Source of the DNA: Nemertoderma westbladi
Lineage: Eukaryota > Animalia > Xenacoelomorpha
Reading direction: 5' to 3'
NCBI GenBank assembly: GCA_032718475.1
Contig: JAUCBJ010002518.1
Span: 1 to 64,000 of the forward strand
DNA length: 64,000 bases
Positions 47,385-59,518 of this stretch are shown piece by piece (within the stretch, counting starts at the first letter, position 1; each line of letters starts with the position of its first letter). The notes below the pieces were generated by a model, which was given only the letters and a program-made list of their open reading frames with translations, searched no databases and was not told the origin of the DNA. A program made the position numbers and the translations under genes.

Positions 47385-49994
47385 AGATCAGATACAGGGC
47401 GCGAGGTTCGCGACATCCTAAAAGGATTCGGCTTTAACCTGACAAAATTCCAATCCAGTTCGGAAGAATTTATCAAAGCCATAGAGGACAGGAAACCAGA
47501 ATCGACCATGGATAACCCCACAACAGCCAAAGGGCAGGACATGGCGATTAAGAGAACAGAATCTCAGCAGAAGGCATTGGGAATCGTGTGGGATAGAAAG
47601 ACAGACGAACTGAAGTATCAGCTGAGCCAGGAGGGCGCAGACATCCACACAAAGAGGGGCTATGTATCGTATATAGCAAGGATATACAATCCCCTAGGCC
47701 TAGCATCCCCATTATTAGTCACGGGGAAACAGATACTCAAGAGAGTATACAAATTGAAAGATGAGTGGGACGTAGAGGTACCAGAGGAAATCAAGAAACA
47801 GTGGAGCAAGTGGACAGGAAACCTGGAGAAGATGGGAACATACAACATGCCAAGGGTGTATTTCCCGGATGGGAACATGACGAATCTGGACCTACACATG
47901 TTCTCCGACGCGTCGTTGGAAGCGTACGGAGTGGCACTCTACTTAGTACAACGAGAGGGGGCTCATAAGCCAAGGCTAGCCTTTAGCAAAGCAAAGTCAA
48001 CGCCGCCAGATTCAGCATCAGTTCCCAAGTTAGAATTGACAGCTGCGAGACTAGGAGTAAGAGCCACAGCCTACCTAGTGGATACTATTCCCAACATAGT
48101 GGAGACACACTACTGGACGGACTCCATGGTAGTGCTTGGTTGGCTACACAACGAAAAGACGAGATACCCGATGTTCGTCGCGAATAGAGTGGACGAAATA
48201 AGGGCGAGCACAGAACTGGAACTGGGGTGGCACTACTGCCCAACAGACGAGAACCCAGCGGACTTGCTGTCGAGGGGCGTGGAACGCCACACTTTCCTGA
48301 AGAAGGAAGTATTGTGGCAACATGGGCCACAATTTCTGAGCGATAGGGAGGCCTGGCCGCCGATGAGGAAGGTGGACCCGGGCTCGGAAGTAGTATCAGA
48401 AGGAGAAGAGGGAGACTCAGAGGGAGAAGAGATATACTCCCAGATGGCGAGGGAGATTAGGGACGTGCAACTGTGCAGGAAAGGAAAGGAACTGTGCGAT
48501 AACCCGACGGATAAACTCCTCAGCTACAGTTCTAGTTGGTATAAAACCAAGAAACTAGTGGCGTACTGGAGAGCCTTCGGAAATTTCCTTGCGGGAGTCG
48601 GCAAGGACAAGAAGATCAGGACAACCATAGATCTGGAAGGAGCGGCCAAGGCAGTGATCCGCTATGAACAACGGAAGAACTACGGCGACGAGGTGGAACG
48701 CGTCGGTAACCAACAGCACCTCCGACGGGATAGCGAGCTGATTACGCTGTCGCCACAACTCAATGACGACGGGATTCTAGTAATGAATTCTAGGGTGGGA
48801 TACAACAACAGCATAGTCGTACCACCGAAACCCATCATCATTCCCACAGGATCGCCAATAGTCCACCAGATTATATGGGACTCCCACAAATCGATATTGC
48901 ATGGGGGCACCAACCGAACCCTCACAGAGATAAGGAGGACCTATTGGGTCAAACAATTAAGGAAGAAGGTTAAAGTGGTAGTGGGGCAGTGCCAGACCTG
49001 CCGACGAGCGAAGAAGGAGCGAGCCATACAGGAGATGGCGCCACTACCGGCGAGTAGGGTAAGACAGCACGACCCGCCATTTACGCATTGCGGTGTGGAC
49101 ATGTTCGGGCCGATAAAGATCAAAGTGATGCGACACACGGAGAAACGCTACGGCATTATCTTCGTATGCAACAATACGCGGGCGGTAGGGATAGAACTCG
49201 CCCAAGATGCAACCGCATCAGCGTTCATTAACGCCTTGGAAAGATTTAGGGACCGCAAAGGTGGGACGATCGCAGTGATATACAGCGACAACGGCACCAA
49301 CTTTGTGGGCGCAGAGAGTGAGATGGCAGAGGCCTTGGACATCTTGGAGGGGGAAGAAGTCAGGGCAGCCATGAGACGACGACAAGTAAAGTGGGAGAGA
49401 AGGACGCCTTATGCACCACATACACTAGGATGCGTCGAGAGACTAGTGGGCAGTTCAAAGCGTCTAATGATGAAGCTAATGAATACCCACATGGTCACTG
49501 AGGACGTCTTACGGACAGTACTTGCGAAGTGCGAGGGGATCATTAATAGCAGACCGCTATATCCGGAGAATGATGACCCTGAGTCACTAGACGTGCTAAC
49601 GCCTAGCCATTTCCTGATGGAAAGGCCAGCAACCATCGATATGCGGGGTGTAGACCCAGACGACATACACTCCCGCCAAAGTTGGAAAGTCGCTAAAGCG
49701 ATAAGCGCAGAGTACTGGAGGAGGTGGGTCGAGGAATACCTACCCACCCTCCATAAGCGAAGCAAGTGGAGGAAGCCGAACAGGGAGTTAAGAGAGGGAG
49801 ATCTCGTAATCGTTACGGATGATACTATCATCAACAACCAATGGCGGTTGGCGAGAGTTGTAGGCACCTACTCCGACGAGGACGGAAGAGTCCGATCGGT
49901 AGAAGTGCGGATAGGTGGAAAGATAGGTGCGAAGGACAGAAAAACTTACAGGAGAGCTATAGGTAAATGCTGTCTATTGGAAGGGGCACCTTAG
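47385..49994 (+). CDS. BEL/Pao Pol: RT C-terminus, RNase H, integrase (5'-truncated)
   Basis: GFNLTKF, KALGIVWD, TKR..IYNPLG; HMFSDAS, PKLEL, WTDS, NPADLLSRG; H..H..CQTC zinc motif; DMFGP, SDNGTNFVG, ERLV; WRRWVEEYL. Annotated ORF starts 47508 but the frame is open upstream. Confidence 0.95.
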   Translation, partial: RSDTGREVRDILKGFGFNLTKFQSSSEEFIKAIEDRKPESTMDNPTTAKGQDMAIKRTESQQKALGIVWDRKTDELKYQLSQEGADIHTKRGYVSYIARIYNPLGLASPLLVTGKQILKRVYKLKDEWDVEVPEEIKKQWSKWTGNLEKMGTYNMPRVYFPDGNMTNLDLHMFSDASLEAYGVALYLVQREGAHKPRLAFSKAKSTPPDSASVPKLELTAARLGVRATAYLVDTIPNIVETHYWTDSMVVLGWLHNEKTRYPMFVANRVDEIRASTELELGWHYCPTDENPADLLSRGVERHTFLKKEVLWQHGPQFLSDREAWPPMRKVDPGSEVVSEGEEGDSEGEEIYSQMAREIRDVQLCRKGKELCDNPTDKLLSYSSSWYKTKKLVAYWRAFGNFLAGVGKDKKIRTTIDLEGAAKAVIRYEQRKNYGDEVERVGNQQHLRRDSELITLSPQLNDDGILVMNSRVGYNNSIVVPPKPIIIPTGSPIVHQIIWDSHKSILHGGTNRTLTEIRRTYWVKQLRKKVKVVVGQCQTCRRAKKERAIQEMAPLPASRVRQHDPPFTHCGVDMFGPIKIKVMRHTEKRYGIIFVCNNTRAVGIELAQDATASAFINALERFRDRKGGTIAVIYSDNGTNFVGAESEMAEALDILEGEEVRAAMRRRQVKWERRTPYAPHTLGCVERLVGSSKRLMMKLMNTHMVTEDVLRTVLAKCEGIINSRPLYPENDDPESLDVLTPSHFLMERPATIDMRGVDPDDIHSRQSWKVAKAISAEYWRRWVEEYLPTLHKRSKWRKPNRELREGDLVIVTDDTIINNQWRLARVVGTYSDEDGRVRSVEVRIGGKIGAKDRKTYRRAIGKCCLLEGAP

Positions 49995-50109
49995 CAAAGC
50001 TAGAGGATATTTTAGTCGTCCAAGTTTTGGACTGAGGGGGGTGGGATTGAGGGCGAGACGCCCTTCCCACAAACAAAATAATAAAATAAAATAAAAAAAA
50101 TAGTACATG

Positions 50110-50790
50110 GTAGGTACGCAGTTAGTAGGCAGAGAGTTAGTTAGAAGGTACGTAAGTACCTAGTTAGTTAGTTAGTTAGGAGGTACGTAGTACCGCCAGT
50201 TAGAGAGTTAGTTAGAGGGTACGTAAGTACCGTTAGTTAGTTAGTTAGTTAGGAGGTACATAGTACCGCCAGTTAGAGAGTTAGTTAGAGGGTACGTAAG
50301 TACCGTTAGTTAGTTAGTTAGTTAGGAGGTACATAGTACCGCCAGTTAGAGAGTTAGTTAGAGGGTACGTAAGTACCGTTAGTTAGTTAGTTAAAGAGTT
50401 AGAGGGTACGTAGTACCGATAGTTAGTTAGAAGAGTTAGAGGGTACGTAGTACCGATAGTTAGTTAGAGAGTTAGAGGGTACGTAGTACCGATAGTTAGC
50501 TAGAGAGTTAGAGGGTACGCAGTACCGATAGTTAGTTAGAAGAGTTAGAGGGTACGTAGTACCGATAATTAGTTAGAGAGTTAGAGGGTACGTAGTACCA
50601 ATAGTTAGCTAGAGAGTTAGAGGGTACGCAGTACCGATAGTTAGTTAGAGAGTTAGAGGGTACGTAGTACCGTTAGTTAGAGAGTTAGAGGGTACGTAGT
50701 ACCGATAGTTGGAGTTAGAGTTAGAGGGTACGTAGTACCGTTAGTCAGAGTTAGAGTTAGAGGGTACGTAGTACCGTTAGTTAGAAGAGA
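50110..50790 (+). repeat. Tandem repeat between pol and extra ORF (GGTACGTAGTACC core, GTTA runs)
   Basis: Roughly 20 units of ~30-40 bp. Confidence 0.9.
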
Positions 50791-51275
50791 GAGAGTAAGA
50801 GGTAAAAAGGGGTATATAAGATATAGATATTAGTTAGCAGTTAGTAGCGAGAGGGGGGCATATGAGTACAGCTGGGTAAATCGTGTGGCCACACGACGTA
50901 TACTGCTGTACCGCATAGACCCACAGGGTAGGCCAGAATGTGGATTAGAGAATAGAGTAATCCATAGGCAGTAGTAAGTTGTAGGACAGTAGAATCAAAG
51001 TAAATAAAATAAATAAATAGAATAGGGCTGAAAATTGTAAAATAGTGGCAACACAAGGGAAGTTATTCTAGAACATAATAAAAGTAACGGACAGAAATCG
51101 AAATTAGGGTGTATTTACTAGCTTCAAAATTAATTAGGAATAATTTAGGTTAAAAGGCGCAGTTAAGTAGGAAGTAGGCCATTATCGAACTGTACAGAAC
51201 ATCCTAGACACATCACTCATCTGTATTGCGCCTTGGTAAGGCACCACCTTGCAGGTGAGCGAGTGAACGTTCGGA

Positions 51276-53822
51276 ATGGCGAGTAAGTTGATCAGAAAGA
51301 GAAAGGCGGAGTCAGGAGGAAAGGAGATACTGGTGGATTTCACCGAGAGACATACGGAAGAGAAGACGAGAGGATACTACGAGAGGTTGGAAAGGGGTCA
51401 CGCGGCACGAGCGCTGCAGGATCACTTCCGGGAGGCGCACAAACAGCGGCTGGTCGGGACCTACGGGACCCCGTCGCTAGACAACGCGATCTTCCAACAC
51501 TTCCACTACGTGGTGAAAGGGGACGAGGCGAAGTTCGGGATTCCGAAATACCCGAGGGAATCACCGAGGAAGGACTGGAAAAGATTCATAGAGTCCGTCA
51601 ACAGAGGAGGATATATGATCCTAGATGACGAGGGAACCGTGGAAGACGAGGCGGGCTCGAGACGAGGAACGGCAGGGTCAGCCAGGACCATACTCCTACA
51701 TTTGGCCGCGCCAAATGGGGACATCTTCTTATTCGACCTAGGGACGTATGGGAAGAAGGACGGGCCGAAATTAGACCGATTACCGAAAGCGGTACAAGTC
51801 TTAGTAAGAGAGAAGTCGACGACGAAAGTGGGATCGGCGATTCGCGAGGACGCGGAGAGGATCATCGGTCCGGACGCCACCAACCTCCTGGATATGCAGA
51901 AAGTCTTTATGGCTATGACGGCACCGGATGGATTGGGGGTAGTCGAAAACACAGGCCAATGTGGGGCGGTGGCGATGGGCCAATTATTGGGGCTCGTATG
52001 CCACAAACCGATGGAGTGGGGGAAGTTTAGGGAAGAATACGGGGCAGAACTAGCAAACTCGCTAAAGTGGGGAGCTAGACCGGGAAAGCAGGAGGTATAT
52101 CAGTTCCGCAGGGGAGCGATAAAGGTATATCAGAAGCGATATATCCTGCAGGAGGACTGGATGATGATAAGTTTGCTTAACTTATTCATGACCATGATTA
52201 TCGAGAGGGAACCAGGGGCATTTCTGTTATCGGGATCACCCCTAAGCTACAGGAGAGCCTTTAAAGTGGCCTTTGACGGTCTGGTAGACCACCCGGGGCT
52301 GAAGGGCGAGTCGGTGTATTACAACAGCCGACATCTGGTAGACGGGGAGACAGATACACCGTATCAGAGATGGGAGCAGTTAGAGACGGATAGACGAGAA
52401 GCAAAGCGACTGGAAGAAGTCGCTAGACGGGAGAGGATAGAAGCAGAGGAGAGGGAAGAGGAGGCCAGGACACAGAGTTACGGCTTCGAGGAACAGGCGG
52501 GCCTAGACGAACTTCATTGGACTTCGTCAGGGAGTTCGGGGGAGTCTCTAGGGCGAGAATTGGGATGGACGGTGGGATCGCCGAAACAGTCGACGTCGGG
52601 GTTGCGAACGATGCCCATACCAGCGGGCGCCGAGGGCGACCAACCGCCAAGGAAGTTAAGGGAGCTAGAGGGATGGAGAGCTACGGGCGAGAGCCAAGGT
52701 GGGAAGGGACATAGTGGATCCATCGGGATACCGGGATTGGAGACACTACCAGAGGAGGACGACGACGACGAGTTCGGAGAGATACCGCCCATCGAGAGGA
52801 TAGGCCACTCGGACACGGACTGGGTTGGCGGAAGGGTGGTGACGGCCAGTGGGGCGAGGGCCTTCTGGAACAGATCCGGCAAGCGGACCTGGGTGCACGA
52901 GGAGCCGGCGATGGATTTCGCGGGGAGCACCATCAGGTTGGGCGAGCAACCGGGGACGGCACCACGGATAGTATTCGGGGAGACGATGCCCGAGAGGGGC
53001 GGAGAGATCGACGTAAACAGGGAGACCAACGTAGAGAAGTTCGCCTACCAGCGACTCCACAGACTGCAGAGATCGCTTGGGACGAAAGACGAGGTGGGAT
53101 GGGAGACATTGGTACTCGGCTGCGACTACTGTGGGAGACAGACCCATCGGGAAAGCAGCTGCCTATACCGGTTCCAACAGGGAACCTTTTGTCTCTACTG
53201 CAGAGAACCAAGCCACAGGATGGGGGCGTGTCCACGGTTGCATAACCGATGTCCAAAGTGCCACTTTCGGGGACACTACGGACGCGAGTGCGACTGGATG
53301 AACGACGAGGAGAAGTTCACAAGATTCGAGGAGTAGGCCGACGTCGGGGCCATGACGCGCCAGTGCATGAAGGCCCAGGAGTTTAAGTGGGGTTTCTTCC
53401 TTATCAATCAGGAGACTCACATGGAAATCATAAAGCGGAGGCTACCGTTTACCTACCAGGAGGTAGCAACGGCGGCGTCGTACGCTGGAGTGATGAACAC
53501 GCAAAGGTATCTGGACAGGTGGACGCCAGAGAACCGAAGGGAGTTTAGGGATTTCTTGGCGGAGCACGTACCAAAGGCAATGAAAATGATCCTATGGGAC
53601 TCCACTAGAGGGAGACAACCGGGCCATTCTGAGGGGCCACCGGCGAAGCGATATCGGGCACTAATAACACCAGCGCCCAAGGAGCCAACGACCGGGATCA
53701 GCAAGGAAGTGGCGGCGAAGGTCCGAAAGCAGAAAGCGGATGATGCCAGAGGAACGGTGATAACCAAGAAGCGGCCCAGGGAAGAGGACGCTAGGGGGAA
53801 CTACCCCCGGAGGAACAGATAG
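51276..53822 (+). CDS. Extra ORF: DEDDy (WRN/EXD/MUT-7-like) 3'-5' exonuclease + three CCHC zinc knuckles; one in-frame TAG at 53334-53336
   Basis: ILDDEG (ExoI), LLHLAA..IFLFDL..LPKAV..KVGSAIREDAERI (ExoII), NLLDMQ, QKRYILQED (ExoIII-like); CDYCGRQTHRESSC, CLYCREPSHRMGAC, CPKCHFRGHYGREC; ORF 53352-53822 is in the same frame. Confidence 0.75.
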
Positions 53823-54528
53823 GTTCCCAGAGTCGAGGGAGAGAGACTGGGACTTGGACGTGGTACGCCTGGCAGGCGCCGCGTGGGACGTACGAACTAT
53901 TAAGTACAAATTTAATTAATGCAAATAATCATATAAGTGAAATCTGTATGTACGTACGTAGTGATTAGTAATCTAGAAATATATACGTTCGGAGTAAGTA
54001 CTATAGTCATACAACCTTTCTCAATTAGCTACTGGGACTGGGGGATAACTGACTATGGCACTATGGACGAGACACCAGACAATTTCACACTTCTTGAGTG
54101 CGACGGCACGAGAGGGGGGGGAGATTCGTCAGAAGGGAAGAGACAGTCAAAGTGAGGTTGAGGGACGGAATAATAGTGCGGAGTGCGGAGAGAGTGCGGA
54201 CGCAATTCTAGTGTGGGGGGGGAGAATAAGAGGCTGAGTGAGGGACGAGGAGGTCTGAGTGTGAGAGAGTTAGGGTGAGAGTGAAGGTGAGATAGGGCGG
54301 AGGTGTTGGGGAAACAAAAGTTGCGTGAAAGGTGAGCGCGATTGGCCCGACATGAGACGCCAGGCAAACAGGGTAGCGTTATCATACCCATAGGGGGCGG
54401 CCTGGAAAGCCAAATCCGAGAAAAAAGAATTCCACCCCACACCCGATACTAGATCGGGATCCAGCGGGATTGTAGCGCACTTTTTGGTTGATGCTATCTT
54501 CTTACCGGGAAGATAGCATGGGGGGGAG

Positions 54529-55058
54529 TGTTAGCTTATTCAATCCCGCTAACACCCCATAAAGTTATAAGCCGATAAGCAATATTGGGAGCCACGAGAT
54601 TGGGCAATTAACCAACTCGTGCCATCCCAATAAGAGTGGGAAGGAAGCACACAATAAAGGGTCAGGGGCCAAACCCCTAACCCAGAGAGTACAGGTGGAG
54701 TGAACGGGAACACTCCACGGGGCGCCAACAAGGGTATCAACCAATCAGACGGGGGCAAGGCATCGATTAGGTAGTAATTAGGCCAACCGTGCAATATAAT
54801 CAGTAACCTATTAATCAGTAATTCAGTTATCTCAATGCAGAAGTGCTAGCATAGGTTAGTTAGTTTAGATAGGGGAGCACGGGACTTTTAGTTACCGTAT
54901 CCCGCCTTCCACATATCTATATCTATATCTTATACCCATCAGTTATTATACACCAAACATCAGAACTCATTCACTGCTTTCGTTTACTCTTTATACACGG
55001 CGGGGACGCGTAAACTATAATACCGGATAAATCGGGATCCCTCCTGGATCCCGTCACA
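54529..55058 (+). repeat. 3' LTR
   Basis: Direct repeat of 45443-45972, preceded by PPT GGGGGGGAG. Confidence 0.95.
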
Positions 55059-55063
55059 CTTCT

Positions 55064-55553
55064 TCTGAGGTTTCCCGGATATAACTTCGCCTTCCACCTG
55101 AGAAAAAGTAGCGACTGTTGATTCTCCGTGGGTCATGTGCTCCGTTAGCTGAACTTTCCATTGTGTCGTTCCCTGGGCTTTAAGACTTACCCGTTGGAAC
55201 CAAGTCTTTACGGCCACTTGCAACGACGTGTCTTGGCTTCTCTTCTAGGCTTCCTCAAAGGCTGAAAGGATTAGTCTGATCCGTAAAATTCGTTCTCGCA
55301 CTTGATAAAGCAGCTCTCCCTGCTCTTGAGGTCCTTGATGTTGTTGAAATAGGTGTTCCTCTAATCTCTCCAAAGAACTGAAGAATCCCTGGACATATCC
55401 TGCTGCCGACCTCTTCCATACAGCTGGATCTCTAGTGTCCCTTACTATCACCATCCTGTATAAGTCCTCCCAGGCAGCTTCCGATAAGTTAAACGGGAGT
55501 CCGGGTCCGGGGAAGTTCCATTGCGTCTCGACAATAGACCTCAGTTCCTCCAT
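55064..55553 (-). pseudogene. 5' start of outer element gag
   Basis: ORFs 55245-55553 and 54984-55223 lead into the frame that resumes at 45442. Confidence 0.55.
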
Positions 55554-55630
55554 CGTCTATCCCGCATAACTGTCCCTGGTCGATCGCTTATTTCTCGCCC
55601 AATCGATTTGATGTTCCTCCTCCACAATCA

Positions 55631-58600
55631 ATACTCTAGTGAGTACGGCCCCAGGAAGAATTAGAAGTGGATCTGGATAAACCGCTTCTGCCATCCTTGC
55701 TCCGATCTCGGGCGTCAACTCTTCAGTGTCTGAACTACTAGAGTTATCGTGCCATTGAGAAATAAGTTATCGGTTCGGGTGGTGCTGCTGTTTAACAGCT
55801 GCTTCTTGGTCCCGCTTAACTTGAGCCCTAGTGCCTATAATAGACCTATGGTGCTTTACTAGCGTAGGGTCTGATACTACTACTGTAGGGATGACCTTTC
55901 TTACAGTAGGAGGGGACTTGGACTTTGGTCTCAGATGTTCGATACTCTTATCGAGTTACAGACTGTTCTTTCTAGGAGACTATCTGACAGGGTTTGTTTT
56001 GTGTCAGCCATGATTTATTTTACAGTTGAATGCCTACTACTATAACGACAGTTAAAGTAAGTCTAGTAATTCAGTATCAACTGTAAGCCTAGTAATTAAT
56101 TACCGATACCATTACTCAGTGTAACGTGATATATATATAATATTAAAATACCGGTATATGCTTATAGTATATATATAAGTATTATTTACAGACTAGGTTC
56201 AGTCACAGAATACCGGTATATAATTTCAGCCTAAATTTATATAAATAAATATAATAAGCTTACCGTAAATACCGGTAATGTCAATTATTTAATAATAACT
56301 GAGTTTCTGAATTTTAGGGTTACTTCCCTTTACTTTATTACTGATATTAAACAGTAGTTCAACTGATATTAAGACCTAATTGATGTATGACAGGCCTACT
56401 ATTTTATAAATCTGTTTGAGTTGATTTATAAATATATATATACCCGTACAATGGGTTTTGATAATGTTTGAAATAAATGTTATTATTTCTAGATAAAGCA
56501 AAGAGTCACTACACAGAAGCTGAATGCTCTCAGTGGAGTGCTACTTGTTGGACACTAATACAGATAATTCTACTTTACTAAGTTATTTATCACTACAAAT
56601 TACTTACAATTACTAACAGGTTGAGATTACAATCTCTAAATAAACAATAAACAAGTTACACGTACAATTTTTTAGGGTAATTTTACAAGAATTCTACGAA
56701 CCAGCCTAACAAGGAGTTAGAATTTCTGGTTCTTACTAACTGACAGGAAACTATGGTAGTTGAAACCAATAAAGTAGTAGTAAGTAAGTTGCGTTGTCCA
56801 GATAAGGAAATACCACCGTCTGATGACTTATAGTCTTAAACTCTATAAGTACTACGTTATGTACCCGGAGTGTCCTTACCTAGAGGTTAATTATCGAAGC
56901 CAACCAGAGCTAACGTACCTATTAACCACGTTACAACGCAAATATACTGCCTACACACTAAATTACTTTCGGAAAGCACTGTACTCGAAACCCTAAATTA
57001 GGTACAAGTACTTATACAACAAATAACCAGCAGTTAAATATACTTGAACAGCCAAAAGAACCATGGTATCTGCTGGAGTGACCGGAGCACAAAATCACCA
57101 TTCTTTACCTACACCAAGCACCCCTGATGTAATACCGGGGTTAATTTAACTATAATGGTATGTATAACAAGCACAATTACTGTAGGAATAAACTTAGGGA
57201 ATTGGAGGTTGCGAATACTCGCATAGACTCTGAATAATAAATATTACACTACCCGTGCAGACTATTTAAACAAAACACAGACCAAATGTTGGCAGACTAC
57301 TGTCAAGCCTAAATAAACTACAGTATATGCAGACTCCAAAATGGTTAGTTAGTAGGCGTTCTAACCAAGTAGTACGACTTATTCTTTTGGGGGGGATTTA
57401 CCTTACAGCACTGGATGCCCCCACCTTCCTAACTAGCACTTTATCGGACAGACACTCTACACACACTGCAATCGCCTCAGACCTAACAACAGTTAGACAA
57501 CAATCCGGCCTACAAATTATTTATACAATCTGAGCAGGCTTACACGCCTTCTGCTCAATATTACACTTACAGATAAATAAAACTGACAGAAATAAGTAAA
57601 ATCCCAATAAAAACCAGGGCTGCAGTCCCCGATTAAATATCAAGACCTACCGGTATATAATTATCACAATCAAAATAATACTGCTGTACCTGTAAGTACC
57701 GGTTCGGGTCATTAGGCCTACAGCTTACCGTCCGACCAGTACATTCGACTTTATTGCCTACGGCGCAATAAAGAAACTAAATCTATTAATGTTCTTACCA
57801 GAACATTAGACAAAGTATATTTATTGCCTACTGTGCAATCAAGAAACTGAAATCTATTAATGTTCTTACCAGAACATTAGACAAAATATATTTATTGCCT
57901 ACTGCGCAATAAAGAACCAAATCTATTAATGTTCGTGCTTTTAGACCTTTAGAGGTTTAACCTGCCAATTTTAGTTGTCCTCTTGTTTATAAATCGACTT
58001 TAGCCTTTATCAATTACCTAGTGTACTGAAGTTACATCAGCCGAAGCCAGTCCGTGCGCGGCGTATGACCCACGGTGTGGGAGACTGGATTCGGATTCCT
58101 TGAGAGTGATTGCAGTGTAGACCTACTGTATTATTCCATTGATCGTTACTATATAATCTCTGACAAATATATTTACTTTCGGGGAAATATTAACAGTTCC
58201 TTTAGGACGTGGCGCTTTAAGTATAAAAACAGAGTTATGACTTATACTAATCAGAACTAGATGGCCACAGAGTTTCGTAAATAGCGCATTCTTTAGGAGA
58301 TGCTTTATTAACCTTCACACTACTTCAGACGACTTCACACTACTTCCCACTAGTTCGCACTAATCTGCCGACCGTCACTGAATTTGATCATATATAAGGA
58401 GGATCGCAACTGACACACGTAGGGATTATGAAATAGCATTTGATTCACACAAAACCACTATAATTTAAGTCGCAGTTGCTACCGGTAAACCTGTTCCTCC
58501 TACCTCAGTAATCAAGAAGATTGAGGGGTTTATGATTATTTATCGGTATTCTCCAAATATAACAGCAATATCCATTAATATAACAACAATTAATAACAGA

Positions 58601-58633
58601 AGTAAAATAATGCGGTGAGCAGTCAGTATGTGT
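55631..58633 (-). repeat. ~3-kb direct repeat, copy B
   Basis: Near-identical to 31470-34483. Confidence 0.9.
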
Positions 58634-58669
58634 CATCAGAAAATAGTAAAGTAAATGGGACAGACTGTC

Positions 58670-58735
58670 AACCAGACAGTCTGGCGCCAGTCAGTGGGGT
58701 CTAACTATCACCAAGCCGCCCAAGACTCTACTACT
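58670..58735 (-). repeat. Orphan short Polinton terminus
   Basis: CCAGACAGTCTGGCGCCA..AAGCCGCCCAAGACTCTACTACT, inverted match to 25773 onwards. Confidence 0.75.
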
Positions 58736-59510
58736 GACGATTTATCCTAGTGGTGTGGGTGGACGATGTATCCTAGTGGTGTGGGAGGACGATGTATCCT
58801 AGTGGTGTGGGTGGACGATGCATCCTAGTGGTGTGGACGATGTATCCTAGTGGTGTGGGTGGACGATGCATCCTAGTTGTGTGGACGATATTTCCTAGTG
58901 GTGTGGGTGGACGATGTATCCTAGTGGTGTGGGTGGACGATGTATCCTAGTGGTGTGGGTGGACGATGCATCCTAGTTGTGTGGACGATATTTCCTAGTG
59001 GTGTGGGTGGACGATGTATCCTAGTGGTGTGGGTGGACGATGTATCCTAGTGGTGTGGGTGGACGATGCATCCTAGTTGTGTGGACGATATTTCCTAGTG
59101 GTGTGGGTGGACGATGTATCCTAGTGGTGTGGGTGGACGATGTATCCTAGTGGTGTGGGTGGACGATGCATCCTAGTTGTGTGGACGATATTTCCTAGTG
59201 GTGTGGGTGGACGATGTATCCTAGTGGTGTGGGTGGACGATGTATCCTAGTGGTGTGGGTGGACGATGTATCCTAGTGGTGTGGACGATGTATCCTAGTG
59301 GTGTGGGTGGACGATGCATCCTAGTTGTGTGGACGATATTTCCTAGTGGTGTGGGTGGACGATGTATCCTAGTGGTGTGGGTGGACGATGTATCCTAGTG
59401 GTGTGGGTGGACGATGTATCCTAGTGGTGTGGACGATGTATCCTAGTGGTGTGGGTGGACGATGCATCCTAGTTGTGTGGACGATATATCCTAGTGGTGT
59501 GGGTGGACGA
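58736..59510 (+). repeat. 26/22-bp minisatellite GACGATGTATCCTAGTGGTGTG(GGTG)
   Basis: About 30 tandem units with higher-order repetition. Confidence 0.95.
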
Positions 59511-59518
59511 TGGATGGA

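Larger units (their letters stand above)
45443..55058 (+). mobile_element. Young BEL/Pao LTR retrotransposon with internal deletion and extra ORF
   Basis: 530-bp LTRs 45443-45972 and 54529-55058 (TG..CA; only three mismatches noticed); 5-bp TSD CTTCT at 45438-45442 and 55059-55063; G-rich PPT 54520-54528. Confidence 0.95.
31470..58650 (-). mobile_element. Outer BEL/Pao LTR retrotransposon, decayed, with nested insertions
   Basis: Minus-strand gag-protease-RT-RNase H plus residual integrase end, bounded by 3-kb direct repeats; candidate short LTR 34481-34792 (TGTGAC..GTAACA on minus). Exact LTR limits and TSD not resolved. Confidence 0.75.

Noticed and set aside
47660-49867. Many short antisense ORFs over pol and the extra ORF
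   Set aside because: Expected shadows of GC-richer coding sequence; no motifs.
50110-50790. Telomere-like TTAG runs
   Set aside because: Units are GTTA/GTTAGA within a longer repeat internal to the retroelement, not (TTAGG)n or (TTAGGG)n.
51276-53822. env gene or programmed stop-codon readthrough
   Set aside because: No signal peptide or transmembrane anchor seen; a single TGG-to-TAG mutation explains the stop, and readthrough cannot be supported from one copy.
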